A stretch of DNA of 64,000 bases from the NCBI GenBank assembly GCA_026996855.1, contig JALWJZ010000015.1:2997-66996 (forward strand), read 5' to 3'. Of this stretch, positions 47,889-58,041 are shown in pieces; position 1 is the first letter of the stretch, and the number at the start of each line of letters is the position of its first letter. Under the pieces are notes generated by a model. It saw only the letters and a program-made list of their open reading frames with translations. It made no database searches and had not been told where the DNA came from. The position numbers and the translations under genes are program-made. The DNA comes from Anaerolineales bacterium (lineage in GTDB: Bacteria > Chloroflexota > Anaerolineae > Anaerolineales > DRMV01).

Positions 47889-49187
47889 ATGGAAATGTTG
47901 GCCCGGTTTTTGTATGGGCAAATCCTGTTCGCCCTTGGGGTGGCCTTGTACGTGCAATCTCGACGGTATTCCCGTTTGGCCCTGGCCCGAGCCCTCCCCT
48001 GGATGGCGGGTTTTTCCTTTCTGAGCGCGTTCCACGCCTGGATCGACCTGTTCCCCGCTCTGCCCGCTTACCAAACGGAATGGCAAATCCTGCAGGGGTG
48101 TTTGTTCGGCTGGGCGTATATCAGCCTGCTGTGTGCAGCCTGGCGCTTGTGGCCCGGTCGTCTTCGTTGGTCCCTGCCCTTGTGTTGGTGGGGCGCTTTG
48201 GCCGTGGCCGCTTTGTGGACGGTTTTTGTAACGGGGCAGGTACTGGAAACCCGAGGTGTAGGCCTTTTGGAAACGTGGGGCAAGGTGCTTTTGGGGTTCC
48301 CCGCGGTGTTGCTCACCGCCTATACCCTGCGTCGTCATGCCCAGAAGTACATCCTTCCCTTGGAATCGCCTTCGATTTACCGAACCTTGCAAATCGGTGG
48401 TGTGGCTTTCTTCGTCTTTGGGTTGTTTTTGTTGATGGATGTCGTGCCATCGGCCTGGATGGCGTGGCTTCCCTTCCCCCCCATTGTGTGGCAACTGATG
48501 GCCCTGGTTGGGTTCATGTGGGGTATGCTTCAGGGTTTGGATATTTTCGAGGTGGAAACACGCCGTCGTTTGGAGGCCATGGAACTGACCCAAACCCGGC
48601 AAATGGAACGTCAGCAGATCGCTAAAGATTTGCACGACGGCGCTTTGCAACACGTATATGCCGCCGGGCTTCTGTTGCAGTCCCTGGAAAAACGCCTTGC
48701 CGAGGAAGAGCAAGCCTACCTGCGCCGCGCCCAGGAAAGTTTGAACCTGGCCATTCGTCAGTTGCGGGAGATTTTGCACCAGGCCGAAGAACCGCTGGAT
48801 GGACATCTGGAAATCCACCGGGCCCTGGCCGCGTTGGTGGAAGAGGCGCGGCGCATTTCCGGCGCGGACATCGCCTTCAAGGCCGAACCCGTTTCGGCCT
48901 GGGACGTGCGGCGCGCTTCCCACCTGATTTTCTTCGCCCGGGAGGCCCTGGCCAATGCCATTCGCCATGCCCAAAGCCCTTACATCGAAGTGCGTTTGCG
49001 TCGAGACGGTGATTACGTGCGTTTGGAAATCCTTGACAAGGGTCGGGGTATGCCCCGGGAAGTGACGCCGGGCTTCGGGTTGCAAAACATGCGCGAACGT
49101 GCGTTGCTTTTGGGTGGGCACATGCACATCGAAAGCGAGCCTGGCAGAGGCACGCGCGTGGTCCTGACCGCTCCAATTACCGGTTGA
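47889..49187 (+). CDS. Membrane sensor histidine kinase, HisKA_3 class
   Basis: About 6 TM helices. The H-box is IAKDLHDGALQHV. The HATPase region contains EALANAIRHA, DKGRGM and GFGLQNMRERA. Confidence 0.85.
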   Translation: MEMLARFLYGQILFALGVALYVQSRRYSRLALARALPWMAGFSFLSAFHAWIDLFPALPAYQTEWQILQGCLFGWAYISLLCAAWRLWPGRLRWSLPLCWWGALAVAALWTVFVTGQVLETRGVGLLETWGKVLLGFPAVLLTAYTLRRHAQKYILPLESPSIYRTLQIGGVAFFVFGLFLLMDVVPSAWMAWLPFPPIVWQLMALVGFMWGMLQGLDIFEVETRRRLEAMELTQTRQMERQQIAKDLHDGALQHVYAAGLLLQSLEKRLAEEEQAYLRRAQESLNLAIRQLREILHQAEEPLDGHLEIHRALAALVEEARRISGADIAFKAEPVSAWDVRRASHLIFFAREALANAIRHAQSPYIEVRLRRDGDYVRLEILDKGRGMPREVTPGFGLQNMRERALLLGGHMHIESEPGRGTRVVLTAPITG

Positions 49188-49228
49188 TGCGAGGAAAACC
49201 GTTTTTCGCCCCTGGGAGGAACAGGCTT

Positions 49229-49885
49229 ATGAATATCCGAGTTTTTTTGGTAGACGACCATGAAGTGGTACGGGCCGGCCTGCGGGTCTGGTTGGAGATG
49301 GAACCCGATATCCAGGTGGTGGGAGAAGCCGGGACCGCCCACGAAGCCCTGGAGAAAGTGGAGGCCGCGCGGCCCGATGTGGTGGTGGTGGACCTGCGCC
49401 TGCCCGACCAAAGCGGCCTTTCGGCCATTCGCCGCATACGCCAGACCCACCCCCGGATGGGGGTGGTGGTTCTTTCCTCCTATGCCAACGAGCGTTTTCT
49501 TTCCGAAGCGTTGGGCTTGCGGGTTCACGCCTATGTGCTCAAGGAAGCGGGAAGCGATGAATTGTTGCGGGCCATTCGTGCTGCGGCCCAGGGGGAACAT
49601 TTGTTGACCCGCGCCTCCATGTCCGCGTTGTTGAATCAGCATCGTCCCTCCCAGCCCTCGGAAGATTACCCCTTTGCCAGCCTCTCCGCCCGGGAAATGG
49701 AAATCCTGGCTTTGCTGGCCGAAGGGTTGACCAACCGGGAAATTGGTCAGCGCCTCTTCCTGAGCGAGGGTACGGTGCGGAATTACATCAGCAGCATGAT
49801 GGAAAAGTTGGGGTTGCGCAACCGGGTGGAACTGGCCACGTACGCCTTACGGCACAACATTCACGACTGGGTGCCCCCGCTGTGA
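49229..49885 (+). CDS. NarL/LuxR-family response regulator
   Basis: The REC domain contains VFLVDDHEVVRAGL and DLRLPD. The HTH is LSAREMEILALLAEGLTNREIGQRLFLSEGTVRNY. Confidence 0.92.
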   Translation: MNIRVFLVDDHEVVRAGLRVWLEMEPDIQVVGEAGTAHEALEKVEAARPDVVVVDLRLPDQSGLSAIRRIRQTHPRMGVVVLSSYANERFLSEALGLRVHAYVLKEAGSDELLRAIRAAAQGEHLLTRASMSALLNQHRPSQPSEDYPFASLSAREMEILALLAEGLTNREIGQRLFLSEGTVRNYISSMMEKLGLRNRVELATYALRHNIHDWVPPL

Positions 49886-49968
49886 TTCTGGGGGGCGGGT
49901 TTCGAGGTTGCCCCAGCAGTACGGGACGAGGTGCCTGCTTTCCGAGATGGCTGGGGGTAAAGGTCCCC

Positions 49969-50973
49969 CTATGGCTCCATGATTAACACAGCCTGCCCCA
50001 CGATTTTCCCCGCCTTCAAATCGGCCAGGGCCTGGTTGGCTTGGGTCCAGGGATAGGGCTGTATCGTGGTCTGGATGCCGATTTCCCCAGCCAGGCGCAG
50101 GAACTCGCGAGCATCCTGGCGGGTGACATTGGCCACGGAGCGAAGGCCCCGTTCCTGGTAGATGAGGTGGTACGGCATTTCCGGGATGGGAGTCATGTAA
50201 ATGGCGTTGATGACCACGGTGCCTCCGGGGTTCAGATGGCGCAGGGCCTGGTGCACGATTTCACCAGCCGGGGCGAAGATGAGGGCCTTGTCCAGGGTTT
50301 CGGGGGGTGTGTCGTTGGGGTGGCCTGCCCATACCGCGCCCAGTTCGCGCGCATGGGCCTGGCGTTTGGGTGAGCGGGTGAAGACCAGGACCCGATTTCC
50401 CCAGTGCCGCAACACCTGAATGACCAGATGAGCGCTGGCCCCGAAGCCGAACAGCCCTACCACCTCTTCACCGGGTTGCACCTGGGCCACGCGTAGGGTC
50501 CGGTAACCGATGACCCCCGCGCACAGGAGCGGCGCGGCGTGGGCATCGTCCAGGGCCTCCGGCAGGGGGAAGACGAACCCAGCCGGGGCCACCATGTACT
50601 CGGCATAGCCGCCGTCCGCGTGAAAGCCGGTAAACCGGGCCTGGGGGCACAGGTTTTCCAGACCTCTGCGGCAGTAGGTGCACGTGCCACAGGTTTCGTA
50701 GAGCCAGGTTACTCCTACCCGCTGGCCCTTTTGCAGGCCTTCCACCCCTTCTCCCAGGGCTTCCACCGTGGCCACCACCTGATGCCCCGGTGTAATGGGA
50801 TAACGGGGCGGTCGGATGTCCCCTTCCACGGTGTGCAGGTCGGTGTGGCATACCCCGCACGCCCGCACGCGCAGCAAAACCTGCCCGGGCCCCGGTTGAG
50901 GCGTGGGCACTTCTTCCAGCACCAGGGGATGCTCTTCCGCGGGTTTGGGCTGATACAATCGCCAGGCCAGCAT
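49969..50973 (-). CDS. Zinc-dependent alcohol dehydrogenase (MDR family)
   Basis: Supporting motifs are GVCHTDLH, the structural zinc site CGTCTYCRRG and GFGASAH. Confidence 0.9.
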   Translation of the reverse strand: MLAWRLYQPKPAEEHPLVLEEVPTPQPGPGQVLLRVRACGVCHTDLHTVEGDIRPPRYPITPGHQVVATVEALGEGVEGLQKGQRVGVTWLYETCGTCTYCRRGLENLCPQARFTGFHADGGYAEYMVAPAGFVFPLPEALDDAHAAPLLCAGVIGYRTLRVAQVQPGEEVVGLFGFGASAHLVIQVLRHWGNRVLVFTRSPKRQAHARELGAVWAGHPNDTPPETLDKALIFAPAGEIVHQALRHLNPGGTVVINAIYMTPIPEMPYHLIYQERGLRSVANVTRQDAREFLRLAGEIGIQTTIQPYPWTQANQALADLKAGKIVGQAVLIMEP

Positions 50974-51003
50974 TTTTCCTCTCCTGAACGGCGGGATGAC
51001 GAG

Positions 51004-51792
51004 TCAGACCTTTTCGGTTTCGTCCTCGCGACGCACCGGCCAGGGCAGGCGTTGGCGGATTTCGGCTTCCAGTTGGTCCAGCAGGGTTTCGGCTTCTTGC
51101 GGCGTCTGGCCTCGGGCCCGCAGGCGCAGATGCACCCGGCCCGGACTGCAGGACAGCCCCAAGAAGGGGTTTTCCCGCTTTTCCAGGTCGCCCAGTTTTT
51201 CGTCAATCCAGGCTTCGGGCACGCCTTCCACCACCAGCACCCGGGTGCGCAGGGTCTCCGTTTGCAGACCAAAGCGGCGGCGAAGGTAAGGAAGGCCGTG
51301 CCCCAGGAACATGGCCTCCATCTCTCCAGGTACACCGGGCAGGGCCACCAGCACCCGCCGGTCCTCGGTTTCCACCACGAAGCCCGGCGCCACGCCCACC
51401 GAATTGGGCAGGGCCTGGGCGCCGCGGGGCAGGTAAGCCATGCGCCGGGCGTTTTCGGTGGGTTCCCGGCCCCGAGCCCGCACCCGGGCCACAATCTCTT
51501 CCCACGCATCGTCGCGGAATTCCAGGGGCCGGCCTACGGCCTGGGCCAGGGCTGCCCGGGTAGGGTCGTCCACGGTGGGGCCTAAACCGCCGGTCACCAC
51601 CAGCACCTGGCTGCGCGCCAGGGCCTCGCGCGCGGCGGCTTGAATCTCCTGGGGGATGTCGCCCACCACGGTGATGCGCCGCACCTGGAAGCCGGCCCGG
51701 CTCAAATGGCGGGCCAGAAAGGTGGCGTTGGTGTTGACCGTTTCCCCCAGGACCAGTTCGGTTCCGATGTTCAAAATTTCCGCGGTGGGCAT
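51004..51792 (-). CDS. CinA-like molybdopterin-binding (MoCF_biosynth) protein without the PncC deamidase domain
   Basis: Start MPTAEILNIGTELVLGETVNTN (ATG 51792). Supporting motif: VVTGGLGPTVDD. Confidence 0.8.
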   Translation of the reverse strand: MPTAEILNIGTELVLGETVNTNATFLARHLSRAGFQVRRITVVGDIPQEIQAAAREALARSQVLVVTGGLGPTVDDPTRAALAQAVGRPLEFRDDAWEEIVARVRARGREPTENARRMAYLPRGAQALPNSVGVAPGFVVETEDRRVLVALPGVPGEMEAMFLGHGLPYLRRRFGLQTETLRTRVLVVEGVPEAWIDEKLGDLEKRENPFLGLSCSPGRVHLRLRARGQTPQEAETLLDQLEAEIRQRLPWPVRREDETEKV

Positions 51793-51853
51793 GGGTGCGC
51801 TCCTTTGTGGCAGAGGGCTTGGGGTACCCCTCTCGAACCCGTCTTTTCCGCGA

Positions 51854-52315
51854 TCAGTAGGCGATGGAAGCCGGTTGGCCGTTGACCAGCACTTGCATGG
51901 GCAGGGCCTGGGGTTGCACGGTGATTTCCACGGTGTAATCGGTGAGCACTTGCAGGCAGTCCTGGCCTTCCGGCGGCTCTTGTAGGAAAAGGCGAACATC
52001 CACGATGGCGGGGGGTGTATTGGGCCGCACCGAGGCCCGCAAACGATGGCAGGGGGAGGGCATGTCGCCTTCCACCACGATTTTGAGTACGGTTCCCGTC
52101 CACAGGGCCGTGACCTGCTTCACCGAGGCGGGGGCAAAGCCTTTCCCGTGAAGGGAATTCCACGGCTCCAGGGGGACGGGCGTGGCCTCGGGGGCCAGGG
52201 ATGCCTGCCCCGCGGCAGGGGATTCGGTTTCGATGGGTTGCGAGGTCGGCTGGGGTGCCGAAGTGCACCCCAACAGCAGGAAAATCAGGCTGAACAGCGG
52301 CCCGAGACGTTGCAT
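51854..52315 (-). CDS. Small lipoprotein of unknown function
   Basis: Start MQRLGPLFSLIFLLLGC (lipobox), followed by a Pro/Ser/Thr linker. Confidence 0.5.
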   Translation of the reverse strand: MQRLGPLFSLIFLLLGCTSAPQPTSQPIETESPAAGQASLAPEATPVPLEPWNSLHGKGFAPASVKQVTALWTGTVLKIVVEGDMPSPCHRLRASVRPNTPPAIVDVRLFLQEPPEGQDCLQVLTDYTVEITVQPQALPMQVLVNGQPASIAY

Positions 52316-52428
52316 GGCGTGCCTCCCCGTTGGCTGAGGGTCTGAGCAGGGAAGAGGGCCTGCACGCTTTCCCCTTCTTGGAAGGTGTTGGCCAGCACAA
52401 AGAAGCGAAAGGCGTTTTCCGCTTTCCT

Positions 52429-53331
52429 TCACGATGCCGCCCGGAATTTGCGCCAGTAGCGTTGCACCCCCAGCGCGGACATCCACGTGGGGTTCACTTG
52501 TTCGTAGCGGTGGTGCTCTTCGGGGGTCAGGCCGTCTTCCCGACCGATTTCCCAGGTCCAGTCCAGCAGAGCCTGGGTCAGGGTTTCCAGGTCCGGGTTT
52601 TGCGGCATGATGCGTTCCAGCAGGTGGTTCAGACTGTCCAACACCTCCAACAAGCGTCGGCCGTGGGCCTGGGGGTCGTCCACCGGGCCGAAATGGGTGA
52701 GCACCCAGGTTTTGGCCGGTTGTCGGAGGAGTTTTTCCACGCTGGTCTGCCAGGTCTCCAGGTGAAATTCGGGCGGCGGGGTGGGCAGGCGCACATGACG
52801 GGAGCCAGGCAGGCGCACCCCTGCGATGTCACCGGTGAAGAGGACTTCGCCGTTCCACAAATAGGCGAAGTGGTGCGAGGCATGGCCCGGGGTATCCAGC
52901 GGCACGAAGGTGTGGCCGTGCAGGGTGAAAGGTTGGTCTTTCTCCGGTACCACCAGGCGGTCTTCGGGCACGGGCAGGAATTCACCCCAGAGCACGTCCA
53001 TTTCGTCCTGGTACAGGCGTTTGGCCGAGGCCAGCAGGCGCTCCGGGTTGGCCATGTGGGGTGCACCCACGGGGTGTACGTGCACGCGCGCGCCCCGCCG
53101 GGCCAGCGCGCCAGCCGCGCCGGCATGGTCCAGGTGAATGTGGGTCAGGAGTACGTCGGTTACGTCTTCCAGGTGGTAACCCAGGCGTTCCAGACCACAG
53201 GCCAGCGCGGGCAGAGTGCTTCCGGGCCCCGATTCCACCAGGATGACCCCGTTTTCATGGGGGATGGCAAAGGCGCCGATGCCCTGGGGGTAACCCTTGA
53301 AGTGCAGGTCGAGGACGTGGAAATTCGGCAT
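52429..53331 (-). CDS. MBL-fold metallo-hydrolase
   Basis: Contains THIHLDHAG, with downstream His and Asp ligands. Confidence 0.8.
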   Translation of the reverse strand: MPNFHVLDLHFKGYPQGIGAFAIPHENGVILVESGPGSTLPALACGLERLGYHLEDVTDVLLTHIHLDHAGAAGALARRGARVHVHPVGAPHMANPERLLASAKRLYQDEMDVLWGEFLPVPEDRLVVPEKDQPFTLHGHTFVPLDTPGHASHHFAYLWNGEVLFTGDIAGVRLPGSRHVRLPTPPPEFHLETWQTSVEKLLRQPAKTWVLTHFGPVDDPQAHGRRLLEVLDSLNHLLERIMPQNPDLETLTQALLDWTWEIGREDGLTPEEHHRYEQVNPTWMSALGVQRYWRKFRAAS

Positions 53332-53333
53332 GG

Positions 53334-54374
53334 TCAGGCCCTCCGCAAGAAAGGTGCCAGGGTGAGGCGTCCCAACTGCAAGGATTCGGAGACCCGGTCC
53401 AGGGCGTCTACGGCTTCAGGGGAGAGTTGCCACCCCAACGCAGCCAGGTTGCTTTTCATTTGGGATGGTGTTTTGGCGCCGGGGATGGGATGGGTGCCTT
53501 TCACCAAGGCCCAGTTGAGGGCCACCTGGGCCGGGGTCTTTCCGCCGTGCTGGGCGCCGATGTCTTCCATCAAACGGATGAGTCGTTGAAGCCGTTCCAG
53601 GAATGTGGGCGGATACAGGCGGCGGCGCCAGTCTCGAGGCGGGTTGTCCGGGGTGTACTTCCCCGTGAGCATGCCCGAGGCCAGGGGGGAATACGCCACC
53701 ACGGTGATGCGGTGCTCCCGGCAGTAATCCATGAAACCGTTGAATTCGATTTCCCGACGCACCAGGTTGTATTCCACCTGCACCGCGGCCAGGGGAACGC
53801 CGGCCCCTTCCAGCACCTGATGCACCCGTTGCAGTTGGGGCAGGTTGACGTTGCTCACGCCCACGGCCCGGATTTTTCCCTCCCGCACCAGGGGTACCAT
53901 GGCCTGCACCCAGAATTCCGGGCTGCGAGGAGGGAAGGGCCAGTGCAGGTAGTACAGGTCCACGTAATCCCGCCCCAGGCGATGCAGGCTTCCTTGCAAG
54001 GCTCGGCGCAACGCGGCCCTGGTGAAGCGCCAGGGGTAGGGGAAGAACTTGGTGGCCACCACCATGCGTTCCAGCACGCCGTATTTGCGGCCAAAGGCCC
54101 CCAGCAGGCGTTCGGAACGCCCCCGGCCGTACACCTCCGCGGTATCGAAGGTGTCCACGCCGTGTTCGATGGCCCGTTGGAAGACCTGTTCCAAATCCTG
54201 GTCGTGATAGCCCCGTCCGTAGCCCCAGAAAAAACGGTCTCCCCAGGCCCAGGTGCCCAGGCCCAAGGGGGAGACCGTAACCGATGACCGACCCAAAGGT
54301 AGGCGCTGAATTAGGCGGCTTTCTTTTTCCGCCGGCGCTGTTGTTCCTTGAGTTTGGCTTCCAACCGCTGCCAT
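53334..54374 (-). CDS. Aldo/keto reductase
   Basis: Supporting motifs are [23 protein letters not shown] and GVSN. The start is uncertain: ATG 54374 would overlap the clpP 3' end by 64 nt, and an internal TTG near 54296 is possible. Confidence 0.85.
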   Translation of the reverse strand: MAAVGSQTQGTTAPAEKESRLIQRLPLGRSSVTVSPLGLGTWAWGDRFFWGYGRGYHDQDLEQVFQRAIEHGVDTFDTAEVYGRGRSERLLGAFGRKYGVLERMVVATKFFPYPWRFTRAALRRALQGSLHRLGRDYVDLYYLHWPFPPRSPEFWVQAMVPLVREGKIRAVGVSNVNLPQLQRVHQVLEGAGVPLAAVQVEYNLVRREIEFNGFMDYCREHRITVVAYSPLASGMLTGKYTPDNPPRDWRRRLYPPTFLERLQRLIRLMEDIGAQHGGKTPAQVALNWALVKGTHPIPGAKTPSQMKSNLAALGWQLSPEAVDALDRVSESLQLGRLTLAPFLRRA

Positions 54375-54985
54375 ACTTCGCGTTTCTCCTTGGGGGGTTC
54401 CAGAACCTTGTCCACCAAACCGTATTCCACGGCTTCTTGCGCGGTGAGGTAAAAGTCGCGGTCCGTGTCCCGTTCGATGACTTCCAACGGCTGGCCGGTG
54501 TGGGCGGCCAGGATGCGGTTCAACTGGTCCTTGAGGCGCAGAATTTCCCGGGCCTGGATTTCGATGTCCGTGGCCTGCCCTCGAGCGCCGCCCAGGGGTT
54601 GGTGCATGTGAATGGTGGCGTGGGGCAATGCGTAGCGGTGGCCGGGTGAACCCGCGGCCAGGAGCAGGGTGCCGAAGGAAGCGGTCATGCCCACGGCCAC
54701 GGTGCTGATGGGGTTGGAAATCATCTGCATGGTGTCGTAAATGGCCAGCCCGGCGTAGATTTCACCCCCCGGCGAATTGATGTACATATGGATGAGCGCG
54801 TCCGGGTCTTCTCGATTCAGGTAGAGCAACTGGGCCACGATGAGGTTGGCCACCTGGGCATCGATGGGAAAACCCAGGAAGACGATGCGCTCCTTGAGGA
54901 GCAGGGAGAAAATGTCGTAGGCTCGTTCCCCCCGGCCCGTTTGTTCGATGACCATGGGGATGAGTTGATGGGCTTGCAACATCAT
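54311..54985 (-). CDS. clpP: ATP-dependent Clp protease proteolytic subunit, with basic C-terminal tail
   Basis: Supporting motifs are INSPGG, GMTASFG (Ser nucleophile) and IHMHQP. The tail is [14 protein letters not shown]. Its start overlaps the tig stop as ATGA. Confidence 0.95.
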   Translation of the reverse strand: MMLQAHQLIPMVIEQTGRGERAYDIFSLLLKERIVFLGFPIDAQVANLIVAQLLYLNREDPDALIHMYINSPGGEIYAGLAIYDTMQMISNPISTVAVGMTASFGTLLLAAGSPGHRYALPHATIHMHQPLGGARGQATDIEIQAREILRLKDQLNRILAAHTGQPLEVIERDTDRDFYLTAQEAVEYGLVDKVLEPPKEKREVWQRLEAKLKEQQRRRKKKAA

Positions 54986-56526
54986 GCGCCTCCTTGGGCT
55001 GAGGATGGGGTTTCGGCGGGCGTTGGACTCGACGACGCTTCGGAAGGCGTTTCTTTCGTCTCTTCGGATGAGGGTTGCTCTCCGGCTTCAGGAGCGGCTT
55101 CCTTCCCGGCTTCGGGCGCGGTTTCTTCCTGAGTTTCCTGCCCTTGCTCCGGCTCCTCCTGTGCCTCCAGTTCCCCTTTGGCCAGCCGCACCAAATGGGC
55201 CAGGGTCTTTTGGTGCAAGTACCAGTCCAGGGTGTTTTCCAGCGTTGTCTGGAATTCCTGCTGGTGGCGTCGCAAGAAGCGTCGAATTTCCGCCTGGCTG
55301 GCTTGCTCGCGACCGTGTTTGGTCAGCAAATAGGCCAGCACGTTCTTGGCCGTTTCGTCGAATTCTTCTTGAGTGATTTCGATGCCCTCTTGATGGGCCA
55401 GTTCTTCCAGAACCAGATCCCGCACCAGTTCGTTTTGGATTTCTTCCTTCAGGCTTTGGAGGAATGCTTCCATGCTTTCGCCCCGGGCTTCCAGGTACTC
55501 TTCCAGGGTCAATCCCTGTTCCGCCAGTTGGGCTTTCGTTTCCTCCAGCCGTTGGGCTACCGCGGTATCCAGAAAGTGTTGCGGAAACTTGACCTGGCTC
55601 TGGGCTACCAGGCCTTCGATGACTTTCTCCAGGTATTGCTGGTCATATTCCGAGATGCGCGACTGCTGGAGGTTTTCCCGAATGGCCTCCCGAAGTTCTT
55701 CCAGGGTTTCGTGGTCGGTGTGTTCCCGCACGAATTCGTCGGTGAGTTCGGGATAGACCGGGGTCTGGACCTCTACCACTTCCACGTCGTATGCAAAGGT
55801 GTAACCCCGCAGGCCCTTGTTGGGCGCATCCTCCGGGTAGGTGTAGGTGAACGTGCGTTTGTCGCCCTTCTTCAACCCCTCCAGTTGTTTGGAGAAACCG
55901 GGGAAGGGCCACTCTTCGGGGTCGTCGTCCTCTTTGACCAGCAAAGATATTTCCTCTTCGGGAATGTGCTTGGGTTCGGGTTTTTCATCGCCTTTGGCCG
56001 GAGGCGTGTACCGCCCTTTCAATTTCATGAGCACCACGTCACCCTTTTGGGCCGGGCGGTCCACCGTTTCCATGCGCACGTGCATGCGGCGGAGGTTGTC
56101 CAAAGCCCGTTCGATTTCCTCCTCGTCCACCTGGGGCGGCTCATAAGGCACCCGCAAGGAACGGTAATCTCCCAGGTCCACTTCGGGTTTCAACGGAACT
56201 TCCAGTTCGACGACCACTTCCGGTTCCCAGGTCAGCACCTGAAGCACCTTGCCCGGGGCGGCCGGTTCGATTTCCGCTTGTTTCAAGATGTCCGCATAGT
56301 GGGCATCCAGCAGCGTGTCCAGGAGTTCTTCCCGCACGACGGCTTCGCCGAAGTGCCGCACCACCACCCCGTAAGGCGCCTTACCCGGACGAAACCCCGG
56401 AACCCGGGTTTGTTTGGAGAGTTTCTGGGCCACCTTTCGCTTGGCCCGCTCCACGGCTTCCGGGGAAAAGGTCACGGTGAGTTTGGCATGATGCGAGGGC
56501 AGAATTTCCTTTTTGATGGTGAACAT
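54982..56526 (-). CDS. tig: Trigger factor, with about 70-aa acidic low-complexity tail
   Basis: The ribosome-binding motif is GFRPGKAP. The FKBP and C-terminal domains are collinear. Confidence 0.93.
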   Translation of the reverse strand: MFTIKKEILPSHHAKLTVTFSPEAVERAKRKVAQKLSKQTRVPGFRPGKAPYGVVVRHFGEAVVREELLDTLLDAHYADILKQAEIEPAAPGKVLQVLTWEPEVVVELEVPLKPEVDLGDYRSLRVPYEPPQVDEEEIERALDNLRRMHVRMETVDRPAQKGDVVLMKLKGRYTPPAKGDEKPEPKHIPEEEISLLVKEDDDPEEWPFPGFSKQLEGLKKGDKRTFTYTYPEDAPNKGLRGYTFAYDVEVVEVQTPVYPELTDEFVREHTDHETLEELREAIRENLQQSRISEYDQQYLEKVIEGLVAQSQVKFPQHFLDTAVAQRLEETKAQLAEQGLTLEEYLEARGESMEAFLQSLKEEIQNELVRDLVLEELAHQEGIEITQEEFDETAKNVLAYLLTKHGREQASQAEIRRFLRRHQQEFQTTLENTLDWYLHQKTLAHLVRLAKGELEAQEEPEQGQETQEETAPEAGKEAAPEAGEQPSSEETKETPSEASSSPTPAETPSSAQGGA

Positions 56527-56626
56527 GCAAGGCCTCCATATGCGATGGCAGGATGAAAGGCGCCTTGATTATACTCGTTTTGTCTGACAGGGCGCGCGAA
56601 AAACACGAGGGGTCGTGGCCCGGGTC

Positions 56627-56654
56627 TTGCCATCTCTGGGAAGGTTCCTATGAT
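56627..56654 (+). promoter_or_regulatory. Candidate promoter for the 56693 gene
   Basis: TTGCCA, 16 nt, TATGAT. Confidence 0.35.
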
Positions 56655-56692
56655 AAAATTCGCTTCAAAGCCATCTGGGAAGGGAGGTTCGC

Positions 56693-57349
56693 ATGGTTCA
56701 TCGCATTGCCTGGAACGTTTCCCACCACGAATTTACCATCGAGGATGGTTATTATTTCTCCCTGTTGCGACGGGCGCTGGACCGGGCAGGCGTGGAGGTG
56801 CGCACCACCACTTCCTGGGACGAGGCCCTGAGCGCGGATGTGTTGGTGTTGAACTATCCGGAGGACCCCTTCACACTGGAGGAGGTGGCCCGCTTGCAGG
56901 ATTACGTGGCCCAAGGCGGACGCTTGGTGGCCCTGGCCTACTATCAAAACGAAGACCGGGTCGCCGAAATCCTCAATCACGTGGCCCGGCCCTTCGGCCT
57001 GCGCTTCGGCTACGACTATGTGCAGGATGCGGTCCATCACTACGGCGATGACCCTTACATGGTGGTGACCTCACGGGTGTACCGCGTGCCGGGGGTGGGA
57101 CGGGTGTTGATGCCTTATGCGGCTCCGGTACGGATGGAAACCCCAGGCGGGGAACGGGTGGTGGAAGGGGAGGAAACCGCGGTATCGCCTTCCGGTTCCC
57201 GGGTGCTGGCCGCGCAGGTGGCCCACGGCCGGGGCCGTTTCCTCGCGGTGGGGACGTGCGTGTTCTGGGACAATTACGCCATCACCGCCTACGACAACCT
57301 GGCCTTTGCCCTGTGGCTTCTGGGTGTGCCCAATGCAGAGGGTGTGTGA
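56693..57349 (+). CDS. Hypothetical protein, flavodoxin/GATase1-like (DUF4350/ThuA-like) guess
   Basis: The pattern IAWNVSHHEFTI...DVLVLNYPEDPFTLEEVARLQDYVAQGGRLVAL resembles DUF4350-type proteins. This is not verified. Confidence 0.45.
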   Translation: MVHRIAWNVSHHEFTIEDGYYFSLLRRALDRAGVEVRTTTSWDEALSADVLVLNYPEDPFTLEEVARLQDYVAQGGRLVALAYYQNEDRVAEILNHVARPFGLRFGYDYVQDAVHHYGDDPYMVVTSRVYRVPGVGRVLMPYAAPVRMETPGGERVVEGEETAVSPSGSRVLAAQVAHGRGRFLAVGTCVFWDNYAITAYDNLAFALWLLGVPNAEGV

Positions 57350-57384
57350 ACGAAAGGCCTGGCCTGCGCGCGAGTTTTTTCGCC

Positions 57385-57412
57385 TTGACGATTTGGGAAA
57401 GTTTTGGATAAT
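57385..57412 (+). promoter_or_regulatory. Candidate promoter of the ileS leader
   Basis: TTGACG, 16 nt, GATAAT. Confidence 0.5.
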
Positions 57413-57419
57413 AAAAGCA

Positions 57420-57790
57420 CCTGGAATTGCCTTTGAACGGCAAAAGGCGGTGAAGGAGACACGTCGGCCCTGCCCAAGAGGTCCAGCGAGCCCGGGGCAG
57501 GTGGGAGCCGGGTGCCTTCGGGAAGGCCGACATCCCTCCGGAGCCGCGACCCCAACGGGACCGAAGAAAAATACCGTCAGTGTGGGTTTCGGTCCTCAGT
57601 AGGGAAGCCGGGTACGCCCGCCGTTATCCGGGCGCCGGGATAAGCCCCTGACCACCACCCTGTGGGGCCGTCCCGGAACGAGGGCTGGCAATGGCCGCTC
57701 CTACGGCCGGAGACGAGGCCTTGCCAGTACCAGGGTGGTACCGCGGGAATTCTGTGTCTCCCGTCCCTGGACGGGAGACTTTTCGTTTAA
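57420..57790 (+). promoter_or_regulatory. T-box riboswitch leader (ileS) with intrinsic terminator
   Basis: The T-box sequence AGGGTGGTACCGCGG lies at 57732-57746. The terminator is GTCTCCCGTC-cctg-GACGGGAGAC plus TTTTCGTTT (57756-57788). CGGGA of the T-box can pair with the 5' terminator arm to form the antiterminator. A candidate AUC specifier lies at 57532-57534. Confidence 0.8.
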
Positions 57791-57940
57791 GAAGGCGTTT
57801 GAAAACCCGAAGGGCTTTCGATAACTATTACATTACAACAGAGAGCGGCCGCCAGACAATCACGCAAGTTTCGGCTTAGAGACGCATTTGTTGAATTCTT
57901 TCTTTTTGCGAAGGTGCGAAGCACCTTCGCAAACACCCTC
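57791..57940 (+). repeat. Structured dispersed repeat, copy b, split by an 88-nt insert
   Basis: The outer arms are 57791-57800 and 57931-57940. One hairpin is GAAAACCC-GAA-GGGCTTTC (57801-57819). The other is GCGAAGGTGC-GAA-GCACCTTCGC (57908-57930). It aligns with the reverse complement of 7041-7105. Confidence 0.7.
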
Positions 57941-58041
57941 TAAGGCAGAGCCTCGTCGGAGGGTACTCCTTTTCACCGAGTAAGCCGAATTCGAAAGTCG
58001 CTGTGCAATTTTGTCGTATACCGCCTAACGGGAGGTGCGCC

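Noticed and set aside
54311-54374. A 64-nt overlap between the aldo/keto reductase ORF start and the clpP 3' end.
   Set aside because: It probably reflects an over-extended AKR start call, since the conserved AKR sequence starts near [19 protein letters not shown] do not treat it as a genuine nested gene arrangement.
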